64,000 nt of DNA from an uncultured Gemmatimonadales bacterium (GTDB taxonomy: Bacteria > Gemmatimonadota > Gemmatimonadetes > Gemmatimonadales > GWC2-71-9). The stretch is from the NCBI GenBank assembly GCA_963779755.1, contig CAVZZO010000003.1:800001-864000 (forward strand), read 5' to 3'. This document shows, in pieces, positions 24,110 to 32,432 of the stretch (position 1 is the stretch's first letter; every line of letters starts with the position of its first letter). The position numbers and the translations under genes are program-made. The notes under the pieces are model-generated. The model was not told the DNA's origin, did not search any database, and was given only the letters and a program-made list of their open reading frames with translations.

Positions 24110-25483
24110 GGTGCCGTCCCGATTCGTGTAGAAAATTGAAATGGCGTATGCTTCCGGGATGATCGAACCCCGATCCGCCGAAGTGCGGATCTAACCCGGA
24201 GGCATACGCCATGAGAGAAGTTACGGCCACGGAGCAGGGGTGGGAAGCACTGGTCGGGGCGGACCCGCTGACGGCGGCCCTGCGCCGCGAAGCGCGGCGC
24301 TGGATTGAGCGCATGTTGCACGAGGAATTGGCGGCCGTCTTGGGCAGCGGCCGGCATGAGCGGACCGCCGCCCGGCAGGGATATCGGCACGGCACCCGGC
24401 GGCGGCGGGTGACGACCAGCCTGGGCCCCGTGGATCTCGCCATCCCGCGAGGGCGGGTGCAGGCGGGCGCCGAGCTGCGGGAATGGCAGAGCGGGCTGCT
24501 GCCGCGGTACGCGCGCCGAGCCCGGGCGGTGGATGCGGCGCTGGTCGGCTTCTACTGCGGGGGCGGCAATCAGCGGCGGCTCGCCCGGGCGCTCCGCTCG
24601 CTGCTGGCCGACGGTCCCGCCTCGCGGAGCACGGTCTCGCGCGTCGTGCGGGGGCTGCGGCAGGGCTACGAGGCGTGGCGCGAGCGCCCCCTGGGGGAGT
24701 TGGGGGTGCAGTATCTCTATCTGGATGCGATCCACCTGCATGTGCGGGTGCTCAAGCGGGTCGAGCCGCTCCCGGTCCAGGTGGCGGTCGGGGTGCGGCC
24801 CGACGGGCAGAAGGTGCTGCTGGATCTCCGGCTCTACGTCGCGGAGAGCGCCGCGGCCTGGGGCGACTTCGTGCGCGGGCTGGTGGAGCGCGGCCTGGTC
24901 GCGCCGGCGCTGGTGATCACCGACGGCAGCAAGGGTCTGCGCCGGGCGCTGAGCGAGATCTGGCCGCAGGCTGCGGTGCAGCGCTGCACGGTGCATAAGC
25001 TGCGCAACCTGGCGGCCCACTGCCCGCAGCGGCTCTATCCGGCCGTCAAGCGCGACTACCACGCCATCGTGTATGCCGCCGATGCGGAGGCGGCGCGGCG
25101 GGCCTGGGGGCGGTTTACCCGCCGCTGGGGCCGGGAGCTGCCGGGGGTGGTGGCGAGCCTGGAGGAGGCGGGCGAGGAGCTGCTCACGTTCTATCGCCTG
25201 CCGAAGGCGCAGTGGAAGAGCCTCCGCACGACGAATATCGTCGAGCGCGTGCTGGAGGAGGTGCGACGGCGAGTCAAAACGCAGGGATCGTTGCCCAGCA
25301 CCGACGCCGTCCTGGTGCTCGGCTACGGTCTGATCGCGACGGGGCAACTGCCCTTGCGGCGGATTGCCGGCTGGCGAACCTTGCCCCGTGTCAGTAACCG
25401 TCAAGCGGCTGCATGAGCGCCTGACACGCTTGGAGGCCCGGAGACAGCGCCCATTGATTTTCTACACAACTCGGGACACGACC
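24110..25483 (+). mobile_element. IS256-family insertion sequence, 1374 bp
   Basis: 27-bp imperfect IRs GGTGCCGTCCCGATTCGTGTAGAAAAT / ATTTTCTACACAACTCGGGACACGACC; 8-bp TSD TGGGCCGG at 24102-09 and 25484-91. Confidence 0.95.
24211..25416 (+). CDS. IS256-family (mutator-type) transposase
   Basis: GYRHG.R.R...TSLGPV.L.IPR.R, YLYLDA, ITDG.KGL, QRCTVHKLRN, LRTTNIVER..EE.RRR.K. Confidence 0.95.
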   Translation: MREVTATEQGWEALVGADPLTAALRREARRWIERMLHEELAAVLGSGRHERTAARQGYRHGTRRRRVTTSLGPVDLAIPRGRVQAGAELREWQSGLLPRYARRARAVDAALVGFYCGGGNQRRLARALRSLLADGPASRSTVSRVVRGLRQGYEAWRERPLGELGVQYLYLDAIHLHVRVLKRVEPLPVQVAVGVRPDGQKVLLDLRLYVAESAAAWGDFVRGLVERGLVAPALVITDGSKGLRRALSEIWPQAAVQRCTVHKLRNLAAHCPQRLYPAVKRDYHAIVYAADAEAARRAWGRFTRRWGRELPGVVASLEEAGEELLTFYRLPKAQWKSLRTTNIVERVLEEVRRRVKTQGSLPSTDAVLVLGYGLIATGQLPLRRIAGWRTLPRVSNRQAAA

Positions 25484-25897
25484 TGGGCCGGATCTCCCGG
25501 CCCAGTGCGCCGAGTGGCACTGCGAGAGCGGCATCTGTGGGAACGATACGGCCATCTATGGTGCGTGCTGCACCCAGGCGGTGGACGAAGAACATCCCTA
25601 TCCGGAGCCTCGCCCCTCCTGCCAGAGCACGCAGTCGTACTGCTATCAGTATCCGCAACGGTGTGTGGAATCCCCGGAGTGCAATTCCATGCTTGCCCCT
25701 CAGTATTGTTATCATGCAAACGCCCCAGACGCCTGCATGGACGGAGCGTTCCCGGACAGCCTCCGTACAATGCCGTGCCGGTACTTCACCTGGTACGATA
25801 TCTCCCAATGCACGTGCGGCATTTACTAACAAGCAACAAGGGCGCTGAAAGACACTGCGACGGGCCTGAGGCCATTCTCTCGAAGTTCCGCACCAGA

Positions 25898-27979
25898 ATG
25901 GGTATCCTGACGCTGGCATTCTTGGCGGCTCCTGCGACCGGCCTGTGGTGCCAGACAGCCCCCACCCATTCAGGCGAAGCTCGGTGCGCCAGAGCGACAG
26001 GGATCCGGACGAATGCAGCGAAGGAAGCCGACTCCCTTCGAAGTGAGCTTGCCTGCTGGGAGCGCGTCGTCTTGGAGCGGAATCGGGACAGTGCCCAGGC
26101 TTGGCTCGGGATCGGTCTTGCACGGCTTGGCCTTGCTCGGCTGAAAGAGATCGCCAAGGAGGGGCCGCTCCAGCCGCTGGGGTCCAGCTACGCGCGGGGA
26201 GCCGCGGAGGCTTTCATGCGCACATTGGAACTGGATTCCACCCGGTCCGAGGCGGCCATCAACCTTCCCAAGGCTCTCGACCTGCTGCCGGCCTGGGTCC
26301 CCTACACGCAGGCTCGCGACGCCCTCCGGCGGACGACCGGGACAGAAGCAGGCCAGGTTCCTACGGTCCTGCTTGCGCGAGCTCAATACGAGCGCGAAAC
26401 CAGGGAACGCGATTCCACCCGGATACTTCTCAAGCGGTTTCTTGCCTCGGGCAGCGACTCGTCCATAGCCGAACTGGAGTTGGCGAGGGAATACTATGCT
26501 GTCGGAGATACCGCCGCTGGTGCGGGTGCCTATGCGCGCGGCGCAATCGCGGCCGGCCGCACGGCACCCGGTCACCAGGCTTACCGCGAACAGCTTGCAC
26601 TGGTGGCCTCCCCGGAAGAACTCGTTCAATTCGATTCAGTGCCGGCCGATTCCCTTGGCCCTTGGATAGCTCGGTTCTGGTCACGCAGGGATGACGAAGC
26701 GGGCCGGCCTGCAGGCGATCGCCTTGCCGAGCACTTCCGCCGGTACGAATACTCGATGAAGAATTTCCGGGCCATCGTGCGCCGCCCACCGGGGGCACCG
26801 CTGGTCAGCGTGATGACGGCAGACGTACAGACCGGGGCTATTGATACTCTGACAATGGATCAGGCACTGGACCAACTGTACGGCGATTCCGCGGGAGGAA
26901 GCACGCTTCTCCGACAGCACCAGCTTGCCGGAGCCGGAGAAATGGACCCGCGGGGGCCGGTATACATCAGGCTCGGGCCGCCAGACGATCGTGCTGGTTC
27001 ATTCTGGGCCTACTACCGGAGCACAGGCAACCTGTATCTGGCTGTGGACCCTCAGGGGCGCCCCGGGTCACTCTGTGATCTTGACGTATGGTTCTGCTTC
27101 CCCGGGACCGACCGGCTTCGCCAGTTGTGGCATAAGACATTGGCGCATATGGCAACGAAAGCAGCGCAGGTTGACGAGTACCTGCCGCGCTACCGGCACT
27201 CCATCCACCCGACGGTCCAGGTGTATGCGGTCCAGAGCCCGGCGGGAGACAGTGCAGGCTGCCTGCTCGCCGTCTTTGCGGTCCCGCAGGATGACCTCGT
27301 CAAACCGGATAGCAGTGACGGTTTTGCCTATCCCATTCACCTGTATCTGGTGGCGAGCGCCCCTGACGGCAGCCGGCGCGCCGACCTGGACACGCTGCGC
27401 ACATTCGTCACCCCAGAGCCCCTCCAGGGCGACGAGTACCTCACCGGCCTGCTGGAGCTGCCGGTGCCGCCCGGACTGGTCAATGTCCGGCTGACCATCA
27501 CCCAGCCCGATTCCGTTCACGCCCGGCCCGCGGATGCCCGGCCGGAAGTCACCGGCGACCGGGGCGCTGTGGTCGGGCTCGACAGCGTAAGAGTCCCTGA
27601 TGCGGAGCGTTTCTCCCTGAGCGACCCGATTCTGGGCCGGAGCGGCGCCGGCCTGGTCTGGCAGTCGCCCGAGGGGCCCGTCCCCCTCAACCCGCTCGGC
27701 GCCTTCCCTTCAGGCTCCCGGGCCAGCCTCTACTACCAGGCGGCGGGGCTGCACCCGGGAGCCACCTACCGGCAGCAGGTCGCCATCACACCGGCCAAGG
27801 GGAAGGGACCCGGCATGACGCTGAGCTTCTCCGAACCCGCCACGGGAAGCCGACAGGCGTTCCTCCGGGCGCTCATTCTGAAGGACCTGCGGCCAGGTAA
27901 GTACACGCTTGCAGTGACGCTGGAGGCGCCGGACGGGACGCGTGTCGAACGAACCACGCCGCTCAATGTGACGCGGTAG
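25898..27979 (+). CDS. Exported GWxTD-like domain protein 1
   Basis: Hydrophobic leader; helical N-region; LVASPEEL..F...WIARFWSRRD...LAEHFRRYEY...F...DPRGPVYIRLGPPDD; beta-sandwich C-terminus (LSDPILG, PLNP, PGKYTLAVTL); start uncertain. Confidence 0.8.
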   Translation: MGILTLAFLAAPATGLWCQTAPTHSGEARCARATGIRTNAAKEADSLRSELACWERVVLERNRDSAQAWLGIGLARLGLARLKEIAKEGPLQPLGSSYARGAAEAFMRTLELDSTRSEAAINLPKALDLLPAWVPYTQARDALRRTTGTEAGQVPTVLLARAQYERETRERDSTRILLKRFLASGSDSSIAELELAREYYAVGDTAAGAGAYARGAIAAGRTAPGHQAYREQLALVASPEELVQFDSVPADSLGPWIARFWSRRDDEAGRPAGDRLAEHFRRYEYSMKNFRAIVRRPPGAPLVSVMTADVQTGAIDTLTMDQALDQLYGDSAGGSTLLRQHQLAGAGEMDPRGPVYIRLGPPDDRAGSFWAYYRSTGNLYLAVDPQGRPGSLCDLDVWFCFPGTDRLRQLWHKTLAHMATKAAQVDEYLPRYRHSIHPTVQVYAVQSPAGDSAGCLLAVFAVPQDDLVKPDSSDGFAYPIHLYLVASAPDGSRRADLDTLRTFVTPEPLQGDEYLTGLLELPVPPGLVNVRLTITQPDSVHARPADARPEVTGDRGAVVGLDSVRVPDAERFSLSDPILGRSGAGLVWQSPEGPVPLNPLGAFPSGSRASLYYQAAGLHPGATYRQQVAITPAKGKGPGMTLSFSEPATGSRQAFLRALILKDLRPGKYTLAVTLEAPDGTRVERTTPLNVTR

Positions 27980-28121
27980 GGCGGGACTCGGGGCACATTC
28001 GCCCTTCCAGAAACAGCCGAAGCCCCGCTCGCTGGACTGTGAGCGGGGCTTCAACATCAAGGCGCGCACGAACCGGCCAGGATTGGCTCCGAATGGCATG
28101 GCAGGGCTCTGTGAAGTTCCG
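27977..28121. repeat. Conserved inter-module spacer, copy A (copy B 30911-31053; partial homolog 23061-23157)
   Basis: Near-identical ~145 bp directly after GWxTD-like genes 1 and 2. Confidence 0.9.
28019..28052. terminator. 12-bp stem-loop after GWxTD-like gene 1 (no U-tract)
   Basis: GAAGCCCCGCTC-gctggactgt-GAGCGGGGCTTC; equivalent at 30952-30984. Confidence 0.55.
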
Positions 28122-28135
28122 GAGATTGTGCCGTC

Positions 28136-28322
28136 CGGCCTCCGGGACACCCCGGCCTTTGTGATCGGGCCCACTCGGGAGGACGGCCGGTACTGGGGCG
28201 TACGATCTCCGGCGCCTATCCCATGGAGGTCTTCCGCCAGTTGCTGGATTCACTGGTCGCCGCCCGGCGGACGGGGGACCAGGCTGGCAGCCGTTCATCC
28301 ACGCCCAACGACAGAGGCATCT
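28136..28322 (+). pseudogene. 3' remnant of DsbA-like gene, module 2 (large 5' deletion)
   Basis: GLRDTPAFVIGPTREDG matches GLRGTPSFVIGWTREDG; DNA colinear with ~23757-23943. Confidence 0.85.
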
Positions 28323-28769
28323 ATGCATCGAATAATCCGGAGTGCCGCGACAACGTTTGCCCTGGGGCTCATCCCCCTGCTGGCGGGTTGTGAGGGAGGC
28401 GGAGGCACGCCGACTGCGGAGTCGCCTCCCATTCCCACTCTTGACGGACGTGGCACCGGGCTTCAGAGTTTTGTGATAGGTGGGCCGGACCTGCCGGCCG
28501 ATTGTGCCGAGTGGCATTGCGAGAGCGGCATCTGTGGCAACGATACGGCGATCTATGGTGCGTGCTGCACCCAGGCGGTGGACGAAGAGCATCCCTATCC
28601 GGAGCCTCGCCCCTCCTGCCAGAGCACGCAGTCGTACTGTTACCAGTATCCCCAGCGCTGTGTGGAATCCCCGGAGTGCAACGCTATGCTGGCGCCTCCG
28701 CATTGTTATCACGCACAGCCCCCAGAGGGCTACACATGGTACGATTTTCCGGAGTGCCTGTGCGGATAG
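28323..28769 (+). CDS. Cys-rich lipoprotein 2 (148 aa, 12 Cys after lipobox)
   Basis: MHRIIRSAATTFALGLIPLLAGC lipobox; GAGG RBS; paralogous to three other copies. Confidence 0.88.
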   Translation: MHRIIRSAATTFALGLIPLLAGCEGGGGTPTAESPPIPTLDGRGTGLQSFVIGGPDLPADCAEWHCESGICGNDTAIYGACCTQAVDEEHPYPEPRPSCQSTQSYCYQYPQRCVESPECNAMLAPPHCYHAQPPEGYTWYDFPECLCG

Positions 28770-28795
28770 GCGGCGAGAAGGGTAGCGCATAGAGC

Positions 28796-30913
28796 ATGTG
28801 GAATAGTCTGCCCTCCACGCGAGCACTGCTCTTGGCTAGCATTGGCGCTGCTGTCATTGCGACCTTTGCGGCAGCGCCAGCCCACAGTCAAGCTCGGCCT
28901 GTTCAGGCAGCATCTCCTGCGGAGGACGCTCTTGGATCCACAGACCGTCGCACAGCGGATTCGCTTCGAGCCATGCTTGACGGCTGGAGCAGAGTGGTCA
29001 GAGAGAAGAATCCTGAGAGCGCCGAGGCGTGGCTGGCGATCGGGCTCGCACGACTAGGCTTGGCAAGACTCGGCGCTTATGCCAAGGAAGGTCCCCTCCA
29101 GCCGATTGGCTCCACTTACGCCCTTGGGGCGGCGGAGGCGTTTATGCGGGTGTTAGCCCTGGACTCGACCGAGTCCAGGGCCGCCGTCAAACTGCCCGCC
29201 GCACTCAGTCTGGTCCGCTCCTGGGTTCCTTACACCCAGGCCCGTGATGCGCTCCGTCGGACGGCGGGAACGGAATCGGATCACATCCCTTCGGTGCTGC
29301 TTGCCCGGGCGGGATACGAGCGGGAGACTGGGGAGCGTGATTCGACCATCGCTCTCCTCCTGCGGTACCTGAAGAACGGCGGAGACTCGGCCGTGGGAGA
29401 GCTTGAGCTCGCCCGGGAGTACTACGCCAAGGGTGATACCGCCGATGGGGCCGTCGCCTATGCCGGTGGAGCCCGCGTCGCGGGGCGCACCCCGGAAGGC
29501 CGGGAAGCTTACCGGTCGCAGATGCGCCTGGTGGCCTCGCCAGGGGAACTGACTCGCTTTGACTCTCTGCCGGGCGACTCCCTGGGACCCTGGATCGAGC
29601 AGTTCTGGTCCCGCCGGGATGCCGAAACGGGACGAGCGGACGGCGAACGCCTGGCGGAACATTTCCGCCGGTACGAGTACGCGATGACCAACTTCCGGGC
29701 CATCGTGCGGCGGCCACCCGGTGCACCGCTAGTGGATGTCATGACTGCGGATGTGAACACCGGGGCGTTGGATTCCATCACGGAAGCGGATGCGCTCAGC
29801 TTGATGTTCGGGGATTCGGCCGGCGGGAACACGTTACTCCCTCAGCATCAGATTCGCGGGGCCGGCGAACTGGACCCACGAGGCTCCATCTACATTCGCC
29901 ATGGTCCGCCAGACGACCGCGCAGGAAGGTGGTGGGCCTATCACCGAGCCGGCGGCAACCTGTATCTCCTGGTAGTACCCCTGAATGCCATGCTGCCCGG
30001 CACCCCCTGCGACCTCGACATCTGGTTCTGCATCCCGCCAACACCTCGCCTGGTTCAGTTGCAGAAGCAAGCGCTGGATCGAATGGCCGAGACGGCCCTG
30101 CGAAGCGACGAATACTGGCCGTCCTACCGTCACACCATCCACCCGACGGTCCAGGTGTATGCGATGCAGGGGACCGGTAAAGACCGTGGGGGTCGCCTCC
30201 TCGTGGTCTTTGCCGTCCCCCAGGATGATCTGGCGAACCCGGATACCAGTAACGGGTTTGCCTATTCCATCCACCTGTATCTGGTCGCCAGCACTCCTGA
30301 CGGCAGCCGGCGCGCCGACCTGGACACGCTGCGGACCTTCGTCACCCCACGGCCCCTCCAGGGCGACGAATATCTCACCGGGCTGCTCGAACTACCGGTG
30401 CCCCCCGGTTTGATCAACGTCCGCCTGACGATCGCCCAGCCGGATTCCGTCCATGCGCGCCCCGCCGACGCCCGGCCCGAGGTGACTGGAGACCGCGGCG
30501 CCCTGGTCGGTCGGGACAGCGTACGGGTCCCGGCGCCGGAACAGTTCTCCCTGAGCGACCCGATTCTGGGTCGGAGCGGGTCCGGGCTGGTCTGGCATTC
30601 CCCCGAGGGGCCCGTCCCCCTCAACCCGCTCGGCGCCTTTCCCACCGGCGCCCGGGCCAGCCTCTACTACGAGGCGGCCGGGCTCCTTCCGGGAGCCACC
30701 TACCGGCAGCAGGTGGCCATTACCCCGGCACACGGCAAGGGACGCGGTATGACCCTGAGCTTCACCGAACCGGCCACCGCTCCGCGCCAGACGTTTCTCC
30801 GGGCGCTCATCCTCAAGGACCTGCGGCCGGGCAGGTACACGCTGACGGTGACGCTGGAAGCGCCGGACGGGGCCCGCATCGAACGGACAACGCCGCTCAA
30901 CGTGTCGCGATAG
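28796..30913 (+). CDS. Exported GWxTD-like domain protein 2
   Basis: Signal peptide AHS-Q; WIEQFWSRRD, LAEHFRRYEYA, ELDPRGSIYIRHGPPDD. Confidence 0.85.
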   Translation: MWNSLPSTRALLLASIGAAVIATFAAAPAHSQARPVQAASPAEDALGSTDRRTADSLRAMLDGWSRVVREKNPESAEAWLAIGLARLGLARLGAYAKEGPLQPIGSTYALGAAEAFMRVLALDSTESRAAVKLPAALSLVRSWVPYTQARDALRRTAGTESDHIPSVLLARAGYERETGERDSTIALLLRYLKNGGDSAVGELELAREYYAKGDTADGAVAYAGGARVAGRTPEGREAYRSQMRLVASPGELTRFDSLPGDSLGPWIEQFWSRRDAETGRADGERLAEHFRRYEYAMTNFRAIVRRPPGAPLVDVMTADVNTGALDSITEADALSLMFGDSAGGNTLLPQHQIRGAGELDPRGSIYIRHGPPDDRAGRWWAYHRAGGNLYLLVVPLNAMLPGTPCDLDIWFCIPPTPRLVQLQKQALDRMAETALRSDEYWPSYRHTIHPTVQVYAMQGTGKDRGGRLLVVFAVPQDDLANPDTSNGFAYSIHLYLVASTPDGSRRADLDTLRTFVTPRPLQGDEYLTGLLELPVPPGLINVRLTIAQPDSVHARPADARPEVTGDRGALVGRDSVRVPAPEQFSLSDPILGRSGSGLVWHSPEGPVPLNPLGAFPTGARASLYYEAAGLLPGATYRQQVAITPAHGKGRGMTLSFTEPATAPRQTFLRALILKDLRPGRYTLTVTLEAPDGARIERTTPLNVSR

Positions 30914-31053
30914 GGCGGGGCTCGGGCACATTCGCCCTTCCAGAAACAGCCGAAGCCCGCTCGCTGGACCGTGAGCGGGGCTTCACCATCAAGGCGCGCA
31001 CGAACCGGCCACGATTGGCTCCGAATGGCATGGCGGCCCTCTGTGAAGTTCCG
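30911..31053. repeat. Conserved inter-module spacer, copy B
   Basis: Matches 27977-28121. Confidence 0.9.
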
Positions 31054-31084
31054 CAGGTTGAGCTGTCACCCATCGGATGCGTGT

Positions 31085-31942
31085 ATGGCCCGTGGTCTCC
31101 AAAGCACCTCGCTGCTGCTGGCCCTGGCACTTGCCGCCTGCGGAACCGGGAGGCAGGAGGCCCGCCTCGATCGCCTGGCGCTCCGGGTGGACAGCCTGGC
31201 CCGCACCCTCACGGCCGTGGTCGCCGCGCAGCGCGGCCCCGGGCCTGCCGTACCGGAAACGGCCGACGTTACCATCGGCACCCTCCCGGTTGCCGGCTCG
31301 CCGGCCGCGCCGATCACGATCGTGGAGTTCACCGACTACCAGTGTCCCTTTTGTGGGCGGCACGCACGGGAGATACTGCCGGTGATCCGGCGGGACTATA
31401 TCGCGCGCGGGCTGGTCCGCTATGTGGTGCGCGATCTTCCGCTGCCCATCCATGCCAATGCCCGGCCGGCAGCGAGGCTGATGCGATGCGTGGGCCGCCT
31501 CGACTCCGCCTCCTTCTGGCCGCTCCATGACTCCCTATTCCATGCCCGACGTGAGCTTTCGGAATTGACCCTGACCTCATTGGGGAGGCAGACCCATGTC
31601 GCTCCGGTGCTGCTGCACGGGTGTCTGGCAGACCCAGCGACGGAACAGGGCATCGCGCAGGATGTGAAGGATGCGACCGCGGCGGGGCTCCGGGGCACGC
31701 CGGCGTTTGTGATCGGCCTGAGCCGGGACGACGGAATGGTGCGTGGCCGCACAATCGCAGGCGCATATCCAATGGAGGTCTTCCGGCAGGTGCTGGATTC
31801 ACTGGTAGCTGCAGAGGGTCAGCCGAACCGCAGTGGCAAGCGTTCATCAACGCTCAACGAGCGAGGCGAAAATGCATCGAATAATCTGGAATGCCGCAAC
31901 GGTCTTTGCCTTGGGCCTTCTTCCCCTGGTGGCGGGTTGTGA
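31085..31942 (+). CDS. DsbA-like thioredoxin lipoprotein, module 3 (intact)
   Basis: LALAAC lipobox, short coiled segment, IVEFTDYQCPFC active site, DLPLPIH, GLRGTPAF cis-Pro loop. Confidence 0.9.
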   Translation: MARGLQSTSLLLALALAACGTGRQEARLDRLALRVDSLARTLTAVVAAQRGPGPAVPETADVTIGTLPVAGSPAAPITIVEFTDYQCPFCGRHAREILPVIRRDYIARGLVRYVVRDLPLPIHANARPAARLMRCVGRLDSASFWPLHDSLFHARRELSELTLTSLGRQTHVAPVLLHGCLADPATEQGIAQDVKDATAAGLRGTPAFVIGLSRDDGMVRGRTIAGAYPMEVFRQVLDSLVAAEGQPNRSGKRSSTLNERGENASNNLECRNGLCLGPSSPGGGL

Positions 31943-32306
31943 GGGAGGTGCGGGCGCAATGGCGACGGAATCGGAGGAACCTGCAGTACCCCAGTTCGCG
32001 AAGGCAGAAGGAACCTGCGCAGTCTGGAGCTGTTCCTCCGGGGACTGCGCGAAGGACCCGGCCTTGTATGGAGCATGCTGCATTGAAGTGGCAGAACCGG
32101 GCCAGACAGGAGCACCCAAGCCGTCCTGTGGAGGGGGAGGCGGAGGGGGGGGTGGAGGGGAGCCTAACCCGACACTGGCATATTGCTGTAACCCAGCAAA
32201 CTACTGGGATCCCTACTGTTATATCCCCTTCGGCTGCGGCTTCGAGCCCAACGGCCCACCACCAGAGCAAACAGGCTGCATCACGCCCATCTGTATCGAG
32301 TACTGA
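31872..32306 (+). CDS. Cys-rich lipoprotein 3 (144 aa, 6 Cys + Gly10 linker + 6 Cys)
   Basis: MHRIIWNAATVFALGLLPLVAGC lipobox; CAVWSCSSGDCAKDPALYGACC...PKPSC shares spacing with the other copies. Confidence 0.88.
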   Translation: MHRIIWNAATVFALGLLPLVAGCEGGAGAMATESEEPAVPQFAKAEGTCAVWSCSSGDCAKDPALYGACCIEVAEPGQTGAPKPSCGGGGGGGGGGEPNPTLAYCCNPANYWDPYCYIPFGCGFEPNGPPPEQTGCITPICIEY

Positions 32307-32432
32307 TGGCAGGGCGCCAAGAACCGGCATCACTCAACAAGAACGCCGGTTCACCTTTCCGGGTGGTGGCGGCTCCCCCGCCACGGTAGGACAGCTCTAG
32401 CTCGGAACTCCAGCGAGGCCTAGGTTAGAGAT

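Larger units (their letters stand above)
23944..25829 (+). pseudogene. Cys-rich lipoprotein 1, interrupted by IS256 (167 aa when the IS is removed)
   Basis: 23944-24109 joined to 25492-25829 gives MYRAIRS...LAGCEG...IGGPDLPAQCAEWHCESGIC...WYDISQCTCGIY, colinear with 28323..28769. Confidence 0.9.

Noticed and set aside
25364..25897. 871-aa N-terminally extended ORF fusing IS end to GWxTD-like gene 1
   Set aside because: The extension reads Cys-rich gene 1 in the wrong frame; the signal-like start is near 25898
28503..28620. Inhibitor cystine knot (knottin) assignment
   Set aside because: Cys order is C-C-C-CC-C, not the usual C-C-CC-C-C; fold cannot be called without modelling
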